Origin: Patescibacteria group bacterium | GTDB taxonomy: Bacteria > Patescibacteriota > Patescibacteriia > UBA10025 > JAHIVO01 | DNA length: 64,000 nt | Reading direction: 5' to 3' | Assembly: GCA_041650915.1 (NCBI GenBank) | Contig: JBAZKE010000006.1 | Coordinates: forward strand, 8,961 to 72,960 | Shown: positions 49,236 to 56,413 of the stretch, in pieces | Numbering within the stretch: the stretch's first letter is position 1 | How the letters are laid out: every line of letters begins with the position of its first letter | Notes under the pieces: model-generated | What the model was told of the DNA's origin: nothing | What the model saw: the letters and a program-made list of their open reading frames with translations, nothing else | Databases searched by the model: none | Made by a program: the position numbers and the translations under genes

Positions 49236-49973
49236 ATGACGCCTAAATATATTCGTGTAGCTGGTAAACTATATCGTGCCTGCCCCTGTACTGAAGTTCC
49301 TGCTGCGGAGCATGCAGATGTAGTGCGCGAAGAACTCGAGATGCAGGGCTTTTCCGCGGTGCCATGCCAGGAACCCAAGAAAGTGTGTGTAGAGACTCCG
49401 CCAGCCCAGCCACAGATTTCGGCTCCACAACGCATTGAAACTACACAACGCTCAGCGCCGCAGTTCATTCGAGTACAAGGGCAAGTTTATAAAAAGGCGG
49501 CGGCAAATCTTCCTGCTGTTGCTGCTGGAACGCTCAAAGCGCTGAATCGCGTCAGAATGCAAATTACTGCAATTCTGGGCGAAGCCGATCGCGGGGACGA
49601 AGACCGCGCGTCGGACACCGTCTGTATTTCCAATGTTCCAGGTGAGTTTCAGGTGCTGTCGGCCGATGCGCTGGGTGAGCGCGCACGTGAGGCGCTGGAA
49701 CTACTGTACAATTCTATCGCGCTGTGGGAGCGCAGCGCTACCGTCGCGTTGGCGGAGAATGAGATCATGCAGCACGCGTACGTGCTGCTCAATGACGTGC
49801 ACGGCGCAGTGTCTGAGGCCGTTGAATCCGGCATTAATGCGCAGCCTGGATTTTTCTGTGTAGAGCGCGAAAAGTTCTTCGGTCTGGTATCGGATATCTC
49901 TGCGTGCATGCAAGCCTTCACGAAGCTAGAGCGGATGTTGACCCAGAAATACAGCGTAGCCTCCGTCTCTTAG
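49236..49973 (+). CDS. protein with two tags (PKYIRVAGKLYR; PQFIRVQGQVYKKA)
   Basis: AAGGA RBS; second tag near 49458. Confidence 0.75.
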   Translation: MTPKYIRVAGKLYRACPCTEVPAAEHADVVREELEMQGFSAVPCQEPKKVCVETPPAQPQISAPQRIETTQRSAPQFIRVQGQVYKKAAANLPAVAAGTLKALNRVRMQITAILGEADRGDEDRASDTVCISNVPGEFQVLSADALGERAREALELLYNSIALWERSATVALAENEIMQHAYVLLNDVHGAVSEAVESGINAQPGFFCVEREKFFGLVSDISACMQAFTKLERMLTQKYSVASVS

Positions 49974-49974
49974 C

Positions 49975-50002
49975 TTGCATTCCTGCCAGTTTCTGCTATA
50001 GT
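49975..50002 (+). promoter_or_regulatory. sigma70-type promoter, leaderless transcript
   Basis: TTGCAT-16nt-TATAGT with extended -10 TG; ATG 6 nt downstream at 50009. Confidence 0.6.
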
Positions 50003-50008
50003 GTTGAC

Positions 50009-50593
50009 ATGTCACAGCGCCTCCAATTCCGTGGGCACAACTACCGCCTGTACACTCCGAAAAGCCAACGCCGTGAATTTCGCATGGCGGTTGCGGGTCT
50101 ATGGCGCGACGTCACGACAGTAATTCGGTATCTCGCAGAAAAAGGAATTGATCCAGTAGTTGTCGGCGGCCTCGCCGTGCAACACCACGGCGTAGAGCGT
50201 CTGACCGAAGATATCGATATCTTGATCTCCAGAGCTGCATACACGAAGCTCGTTGAGGAAGGCAAGATTAAGTTCGGGCAGCTGAAAATCATCCCCGGCA
50301 CGGAAATCGATGTGCTGACCGAGGGAAAGGACAACAACCCCGATCCTGAATTCATTCGAGCCGGAGATTCTAATTTCCCGACGTTTGCCGGTTTGATCTA
50401 CCTGAAGCTGAAAGCGAACCGACTTAAAGACCGAGGCGATGTCGCGGAGCTACTTAAAGCCCACGAGTTCAATATCGAGGAACAGCAGGAAATCCTAACG
50501 TTCCTGCCAGAAGAGCTAAAAATTAGATTTTTAGCCATTTGGGACGAAGCCGGGCAAGAGCACGACAAACGCAAGCAAATGGTGGAAGAATAA
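50009..50593 (+). CDS. Pol-beta-superfamily nucleotidyltransferase with N-terminal tag
   Basis: VVGGLAV..HG..R.TEDIDIL and R.KD..D motifs; starts MSQRLQFRGHNYRL. Confidence 0.8.
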   Translation: MSQRLQFRGHNYRLYTPKSQRREFRMAVAGLWRDVTTVIRYLAEKGIDPVVVGGLAVQHHGVERLTEDIDILISRAAYTKLVEEGKIKFGQLKIIPGTEIDVLTEGKDNNPDPEFIRAGDSNFPTFAGLIYLKLKANRLKDRGDVAELLKAHEFNIEEQQEILTFLPEELKIRFLAIWDEAGQEHDKRKQMVEE

Positions 50594-51252
50594 TGCAACG
50601 TGTGTTTTCAACGCTGAACGATCTCATCGCGCAAGGCGTTATTACCGATTATGCTCTTGGTGGCTCCGTTGCGTTCATGTTTTACTGCCAGCCGTTCCTG
50701 ACCAACGACACCGATTTCTTTGTACAAATGCCGGGAAGCGGACTGCTAGTCTCGCTCTCGCCAATCTACGCTTACGCGGCAGAACATAATTTTCCTCTGG
50801 ACCATGAGCACATCGTTGTCGATGACGAGCCGGTGCAAATCATTCCAGCGCCCTCACCACTCTACGACGAAGCAATCGCTACAGCGCAGCAGCGGACAAT
50901 CGAAGGACAGAATGTAAAGGTCATGCTGCCGGAATATCTCGTCTGCACGGCACTGAATGCCGGCCGAATGAAAGATTTCGCAAAAATCGAAAAACTGCTC
51001 GAGGAAGCAGAAGTCGATCTGAGTAAACTAAAGGAACTCATTACCCGGTTTCAGCTATCTGCGCAGTGGAAGCGCTACCTTGTCGCCATTGGAGTTACTG
51101 ATCCAGCTTTTCTGCATTTGGCGGAAACAAAAGCAACCTGGCGCCGTGCACAAGCCGATAAACGGATGGAAGACAAACTACAAGAAATAAAAAAGCTGCG
51201 CACCAGAGTCAGCGCAATCCGCTATAGAAACGCACTGTACAGACCTGTTTAA
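50593..51252 (+). CDS. Pol-beta-superfamily nucleotidyltransferase with C-terminal tag
   Basis: YALGGSVA...T.DTDFFV, GR.KD; ends AIRYRNALYRPV; TAATG coupling. Confidence 0.75.
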   Translation: MQRVFSTLNDLIAQGVITDYALGGSVAFMFYCQPFLTNDTDFFVQMPGSGLLVSLSPIYAYAAEHNFPLDHEHIVVDDEPVQIIPAPSPLYDEAIATAQQRTIEGQNVKVMLPEYLVCTALNAGRMKDFAKIEKLLEEAEVDLSKLKELITRFQLSAQWKRYLVAIGVTDPAFLHLAETKATWRRAQADKRMEDKLQEIKKLRTRVSAIRYRNALYRPV

Positions 51253-51335
51253 TTTTTGTCTTGTGAAATTCTACCTTCACGTCCGCTAAACTTGATATTA
51301 CTGCCCACAAATAAACGAGGCGTAGGCGAAAATTT

Positions 51336-52079
51336 GTGCGTTTATTGTGCGGAGGCACGAAGCAGCCGCAGTACTGCTGTAAAACGGCAGCACGCCGCCA
51401 GTGCGCGGTGCGGAGAACACCGGTGCTTACCAGCGATAAAACTGTAGATGGACGTTTGATTACTAGTTTGTCCCCTTGTAGTGAACGCAGAGTTTCTGTC
51501 AAATGCGACACGTGTGGCGTGATCAACACCACTAGTTATGCCAACTACAACCGGGCGCAAAAGACGACGCACAATGGATCCGGGCGAACAACGTGTAGAA
51601 AATGTGCAGTAACAAAATCGGCGCTAGCACGCAAAGGCAAACCACGCGCACCTAAACCAAAACTGCCGCCAGAACAATTAGGGGCAAACCACAAAAGTTG
51701 GCGTGGCGGCAGGTACATCGACGCAAACAATTATGTAATGGTACACCAGCCAGACAGAAGTAAAGCCAGAACAACCGGCTGGGCGCACTATCGTAAAGAA
51801 CATATCGTCGTTATGGAACAGCACATAGGCCGACGCCTGTTGCCCAATGAAACTGTACACCATATAGACGGAAACAAACAAAATAATGTGCTGTCCAATC
51901 TGTATTTAGTACACTCGCACGCAGAACACCGCAACGCGCACACGTCCCTGCAGCAAATAGGTTATGCGCTCATTAGAACCGGTATGCTTACGTTTGACCT
52001 ACAAAATGGGCAGTACATCGTGGGCGAAGCGCTTCAGCACCTGTTAGACCTTGCTAAAACAACTGAAGGGAACACCTGA
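51336..52079 (+). CDS. HNH homing endonuclease (start uncertain)
   Basis: EH.VVME..IGR.L...E.VHHIDGNKQNN..SNL; CDTCG...CRKC; NHKSWRGG. Confidence 0.75.
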   Translation: MRLLCGGTKQPQYCCKTAARRQCAVRRTPVLTSDKTVDGRLITSLSPCSERRVSVKCDTCGVINTTSYANYNRAQKTTHNGSGRTTCRKCAVTKSALARKGKPRAPKPKLPPEQLGANHKSWRGGRYIDANNYVMVHQPDRSKARTTGWAHYRKEHIVVMEQHIGRRLLPNETVHHIDGNKQNNVLSNLYLVHSHAEHRNAHTSLQQIGYALIRTGMLTFDLQNGQYIVGEALQHLLDLAKTTEGNT

Positions 52080-52682
52080 AGCGCAGACAGTATCGAAAAT
52101 AAATTCGTCGAACACTGGGGAGACTATTGGTCTTAATTGTTCGACCAGACGCACCAGTGCTTGTCTTATCTCCCAATGTGCTGCTCTTGCGGTTCGCTGC
52201 GCTATGATGTGGCGCCACGCGCGGAAGTTTGCCGTAACTACGATTTGGTTTTCCATACCAATAGGTAGAAATTGACGTGCGTCTTCCTTCGTTACACCCA
52301 AGGCACGAAGCTCTCTGTACGCGCCTAAAGCTTGTGTCATTAGCTCTCTGGCACGCGGACTATTTTCAAGGCGAGGTGGGAGTGCGAACTGCGCTGCTTG
52401 CTCGTCAACATACCGCGTCGATTCTTGCGAATAAGCCACGCCTACGCGGTGTCTTACAAGCTCGTGTGTCATACCCCGGCTCACACCGCCGAACAACACG
52501 GTAATGCTTCCGTGCTCTAGCACAGACTCATGGCCACGCTTGATAAGCATAGCGATGAATTTCCGCGCCGTGTAGATTGTAACGGGTTCCTTGTACGATT
52601 GGTAGCAAACTCTTCCGGCGCGCTCTACGATTTGCATTTGGCTTTCAATTTCGGGCGTTGACGTGAGAATTTCTACGCGCAT
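52044..52682 (-). CDS. thyX: FAD-dependent thymidylate synthase ThyX
   Basis: GHESVLEH, SRG.THELVRHR......SQESTRY, EDAR..LP, AHWEIR. Confidence 0.95.
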   Translation of the reverse strand: MRVEILTSTPEIESQMQIVERAGRVCYQSYKEPVTIYTARKFIAMLIKRGHESVLEHGSITVLFGGVSRGMTHELVRHRVGVAYSQESTRYVDEQAAQFALPPRLENSPRARELMTQALGAYRELRALGVTKEDARQFLPIGMENQIVVTANFRAWRHIIAQRTARAAHWEIRQALVRLVEQLRPIVSPVFDEFIFDTVCASGVPFSCFSKV

Positions 52683-52980
52683 AGTTTTCCTTTTGTTTAG
52701 CGGCGTCCCTTCATTTTAGACACATAGCGTTACAGACATAGCGCCTTTGAAACAAGCAACAGCCTTAATAGATTACGAGTAGATCATGATTTTAATGTTT
52801 CCTTCTTGCGGTCTTGCGGTATCCCCTTTTGTATCATAAACTATAGTAGGTGTCAAGAACAAAAACAGTACGAGGAACGCGCGGTGTTCAGCACGGCACA
52901 AATAAAAATTGTGTCTGTGGAGTCTATAAACACCAGAACCGTCAAAACGCGCAAAACCGTTAAACTTCTTAGGAGGTACC

Positions 52981-53649
52981 ATGTACTCAGCACAAGCTTC
53001 TCGCTTCATAGGTTTTGATACATCGACGTACTGCTCACCCCAGTATGCCAGAATTCTCTGGGATGCCGGGTACAGGCTGGCGATTCGGTATATTCGGCGG
53101 GATAAACACGTCAACGCCGTGCCAGACCTCAATGGCCTGGTTTCGCTGTCGCTTCAGGAGCGTGACGAACTCCTGAGCATTGGGTTCAAGATTACATGCG
53201 TGCAGTTCGCCAAACTCTCGCTCGTGCCATCAACCGCCGAAGGCACTGCGGCAGCCGAAGCTGGAGTTTACAACGCCAAAGCTTTGGGATTCAAGGCCGG
53301 CGACACTATTTGGTACGATTTTGAGTGGTCTACCTCGCAAAATGCTTCTGCAGTAATGAGTTACATCGACGCCATTGGTAAATACACCGTGGCGAATGGC
53401 TTCAAAATGGGGTCCTACGTCGGTCCCAATTGTAGTCTTTCTGGTGATCAGTGGTATGCGCGGCCCTACTGCACGGCGTACTGGAAATCCGGCGCGATTG
53501 TGCCTTGGGTTACGCAACGTGCGTTCCAGCTGATCCAGGGAGTTCCCATCACTGTCGGCAAGACGAGCACACGGGCCGGCATCAACATTGATCAGGATAT
53601 CGTGTGTTATGACAACAAAAATGAAATTTTCTCTTGTCTCGCGGCCTAA
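52981..53649 (+). CDS. DUF1906/GH25-like glycoside hydrolase (putative peptidoglycan hydrolase)
   Basis: GFDT, RY, IWYDFE, G.Y, ID.D TIM-barrel pattern; AGGAGG RBS. Confidence 0.75.
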   Translation: MYSAQASRFIGFDTSTYCSPQYARILWDAGYRLAIRYIRRDKHVNAVPDLNGLVSLSLQERDELLSIGFKITCVQFAKLSLVPSTAEGTAAAEAGVYNAKALGFKAGDTIWYDFEWSTSQNASAVMSYIDAIGKYTVANGFKMGSYVGPNCSLSGDQWYARPYCTAYWKSGAIVPWVTQRAFQLIQGVPITVGKTSTRAGINIDQDIVCYDNKNEIFSCLAA

Positions 53650-53652
53650 CGA

Positions 53653-54243
53653 CTATAGATCCATCACGACGGGCTTCCCGACGACGTTGCCGAACCGATC
53701 CATCTGCGTGACGTTCAGCGCTTTGGTCCTGGCATAGTGCTGCTTCCCATTGCCGTGACTGAAAACATGGAGTCGCGGAGCGCGCTGCCGCACGATTTCC
53801 GCCAGGCCGCCGAATTCCGGCGGGCAGTGAGTAATCAAAATATCGAGGCCCTCGGGAATGTGGCACCAGCGATGGATCATGTAGTCGTCATGATCGCAAA
53901 ATGCACCCGCCAGGCTAAACTCTCGACTGAATGACCACGGAGACCACGGCGTACCGAAAATTTTGAAGCCTTCAACTTCCACGGTTTCGTCGACCAAAAC
54001 CTTAGCGTTGTAAAGGCGCGAAATTGCCTCGGTCTCGTTGGCATCGCACCATTCGTCTCGGTCACCGAATACGACGAATTTGTACTTGTGCGGTAGGCGC
54101 CCGAGCAACGCGTTGAAACGGTCGACGTCGTAGCGTGTACCGAACGTGGAGCTGAAGTCCCCGGTGCAAATCAGTACATCACCATCGGGAACCGACAGCA
54201 GGTAGTCTTCGTGGTGGGTGCATCCAATAAAAACGAAGCGCAT
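53653..54243 (-). CDS. metallophosphoesterase-family protein with degenerate metal motifs
   Basis: MRFVFIGCTH, DVLICTGDF, FGDRD, ILITHCPP, HVFSH; AGGAGG RBS before ATG 54243. Confidence 0.75.
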   Translation of the reverse strand: MRFVFIGCTHHEDYLLSVPDGDVLICTGDFSSTFGTRYDVDRFNALLGRLPHKYKFVVFGDRDEWCDANETEAISRLYNAKVLVDETVEVEGFKIFGTPWSPWSFSREFSLAGAFCDHDDYMIHRWCHIPEGLDILITHCPPEFGGLAEIVRQRAPRLHVFSHGNGKQHYARTKALNVTQMDRFGNVVGKPVVMDL

Positions 54244-54260
54244 GGGGACCTCCTGACTAC

Positions 54261-54288
54261 AGTGTAGCAGAAGTGGACAACGCGTCAA
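54261..54288 (-). promoter_or_regulatory. sigma70-type promoter
   Basis: Minus strand TTGACG-16nt-TACACT with extended -10 TG. Confidence 0.6.
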
Positions 54289-54298
54289 GATGCAACTT

Positions 54299-54316
54299 CA
54301 CCTTAGTTTATAGACA
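54299..54316 (+). promoter_or_regulatory. putative phage late promoter (variant)
   Basis: CACCTTAGTTTATAGACA, before AGGAG RBS. Confidence 0.5.
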
Positions 54317-54325
54317 GGAGACAGC

Positions 54326-55225
54326 ATGACTACACCAAATAAAATCCGAGTTCGCGGTGACGTGTACGAACTCGTGAAAAACGTAGCGCCGCTGGCGCAA
54401 ATGGACCTCGCCGACGAGATGTCCCAAGATATGCGGTTGGCCCAAAATGAGTTCGTGACGACGGTAGAGAACGTCATCGATGCCGTGGATGAAATCGATC
54501 CGCGCGGCCTTGCATCTCCCATCGCCGGAATGGCCGCGCCAATCGGCAAGATATTCACCAAAGCGCAAGGAATCCTCAAACTATTTCAACACGACAAAAT
54601 CAGCGTGGAACTCTACAAATTGGAGTACGGTCGTTGGTACTTGGTACACGAGCTGGTGCGTGTGGCCTATCACTTTGCGCGCCAAGATTACTACAAGCGA
54701 GACAACAAACTAGATATTGACACCGTGGTCAGCGCACTTGACTACGACAAAACACTAAAAGAACTGCGGCAAGACCACGAGCGCTATTACGCGGCAGCCG
54801 CATCTAAAATACTGCTGCGCTTCATTAAGGCCGGCAGTGAGGATGACACCCCTGTCGTACAGGATTCGAAAACAAGGCGTGAGCTAGACCTCAGTGCCGT
54901 GACGATACAGCGAATTAAGGACACCATTAAGCACGTGCTGCAGGCTGCACTTGACCTCGGAACCGCCACGGCCGAAACCCTGGACAAATACGACAGCGCT
55001 GCTCGGCATCTCGCGGCAGCTACAAATCTGGCTAAAGAAATCGCCAAGGCGCCGCAGATGTTGATGAAACCTGAACCCCTGACTCCGCCAGAGCACAAAG
55101 AGCGCATCGATACAGACGCTACAATAAGTAAATCCGTTGAGGACGAGCCCACCGCCATTGATCCGCGCGTAAAGCACGGCACCTACCTTCACTACGCCGG
55201 AAAAACCTACCGTCCACTCACGTAG
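54326..55225 (+). CDS. helical protein tagged at both termini
   Basis: N: PNKIRVRGDVYELV; C: TYLHYAGKTYRPLT. Confidence 0.75.
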   Translation: MTTPNKIRVRGDVYELVKNVAPLAQMDLADEMSQDMRLAQNEFVTTVENVIDAVDEIDPRGLASPIAGMAAPIGKIFTKAQGILKLFQHDKISVELYKLEYGRWYLVHELVRVAYHFARQDYYKRDNKLDIDTVVSALDYDKTLKELRQDHERYYAAAASKILLRFIKAGSEDDTPVVQDSKTRRELDLSAVTIQRIKDTIKHVLQAALDLGTATAETLDKYDSAARHLAAATNLAKEIAKAPQMLMKPEPLTPPEHKERIDTDATISKSVEDEPTAIDPRVKHGTYLHYAGKTYRPLT

Positions 55226-55270
55226 TTCCCTCCCTTTTCGCATAAAACCCGGTTCCGACGCGTTTTCTGC

Positions 55271-55299
55271 TTGACGGCCGCGTTGCCGTGCAGTACAGT
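55271..55299 (+). promoter_or_regulatory. sigma70-type promoter, leaderless transcript
   Basis: TTGACG-17nt-TACAGT; ATG 6 nt downstream at 55306. Confidence 0.65.
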
Positions 55300-55305
55300 C
55301 GTGCC

Positions 55306-55539
55306 ATGCGTCGACTACTGCACCACCACGCCGAGCGCCGCCGTGTCCACGAGCACCGGCTGCGCCGCCTGCATCAGCACTACTACACAAGGCCATTTTT
55401 CTTAGATGGCGGTTGGTCGCTACACGATGACCGAATCCCAGTAATTCGGCTAACGCCAGCGGCGTGGGAAAAGCTGCTCGAGATGCTAGAACGTCCACCT
55501 GCACCCACGGAAGTGTTACGCAGACTTATGAAAGGCTAA
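55306..55539 (+). CDS. His/Arg-rich peptide with DUF1778 (TacA/AtaR)-like C-terminus
   Basis: IRLTPAAWEKLLEMLERPPAPTEVLRRLM. Confidence 0.55.
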   Translation: MRRLLHHHAERRRVHEHRLRRLHQHYYTRPFFLDGGWSLHDDRIPVIRLTPAAWEKLLEMLERPPAPTEVLRRLMKG

Positions 55540-55541
55540 TA

Positions 55542-56138
55542 ATGCATAAAGTCAAGAATTCCACAGCGTGGAACGCAATCAAACAGCTTCCCATCGGCAC
55601 GAAAGTCATGGTTTCGGCGGAGTTGGTACAAGCAGACGACGTGGCTGGACGAGTTGACTATAAAACGGACCCACCGGCAGAATACCCACATGTGGTGTCG
55701 ATGCCCAGAATTTGGCGCGCCAGAGCTTGCAAACCGTTCGTTGCGTGGATTTCGGGCGCCCGATGGTGCTGCGAGGGTGCACTGAAAACCACGTATTTCT
55801 ACGACTATTCGGCGCCTACGCACGGAAGTAGGTTTGTAACGAATAACAAGATTCCGGCGTTGCTCGTGCGCAAAGCACAGTTCAGCAAGGAAATTATTGT
55901 CCCCGTCGACGCCGTTGAGGAAATCGTGCTTAGCGTTACGGCGCCCAGACTTATGCTCGCCGAAGCAGCACCATTGATGCAAACGACGCCCTGCTCCGAC
56001 GCCGCTCGCGAATATCTGCGAGAACGAAGCAAAGCGGCTGCGCGCGGGCAAGGAGGCAAATTTTTGCCATCCGCGCCAACACCAACAGCGGAAACTCCTG
56101 CTCCAGCCACCACATGGTCGTGGGCGCGACCAATTTGA
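55542..56138 (+). CDS. hypothetical protein
   Basis: ATG 55542 just after upstream stop. Confidence 0.6.
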   Translation: MHKVKNSTAWNAIKQLPIGTKVMVSAELVQADDVAGRVDYKTDPPAEYPHVVSMPRIWRARACKPFVAWISGARWCCEGALKTTYFYDYSAPTHGSRFVTNNKIPALLVRKAQFSKEIIVPVDAVEEIVLSVTAPRLMLAEAAPLMQTTPCSDAAREYLRERSKAAARGQGGKFLPSAPTPTAETPAPATTWSWARPI

Positions 56139-56148
56139 TTGGTGAAAT

Positions 56149-56403
56149 ATGTCTAAAGAAGCGCTTGCAAAACTACTTAGAAAACGGCTGATCAAAGCCG
56201 GTCTGGTTCCTACGGAACTCGTCAATCGTGTGTCCGATGACGCTATTATTGACAGCTACATAACGTGCAGCGGGTGCCACACAAAAATTGTGACTTCTGA
56301 GGAGCTCGTGGCAGCGGTTGCACAGGCGCGCTCGACAGAACATTTTTTCGAGTTGTGTGACTTCGATGCACGGATGAAAAACCATTCCGCCGGACATAAC
56401 TGA
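56149..56403 (+). CDS. hypothetical protein
   Basis: ORF in operon with ligase; CxxC. Confidence 0.55.
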   Translation: MSKEALAKLLRKRLIKAGLVPTELVNRVSDDAIIDSYITCSGCHTKIVTSEELVAAVAQARSTEHFFELCDFDARMKNHSAGHN

Positions 56404-56413
56404 TAGGAAAGCA

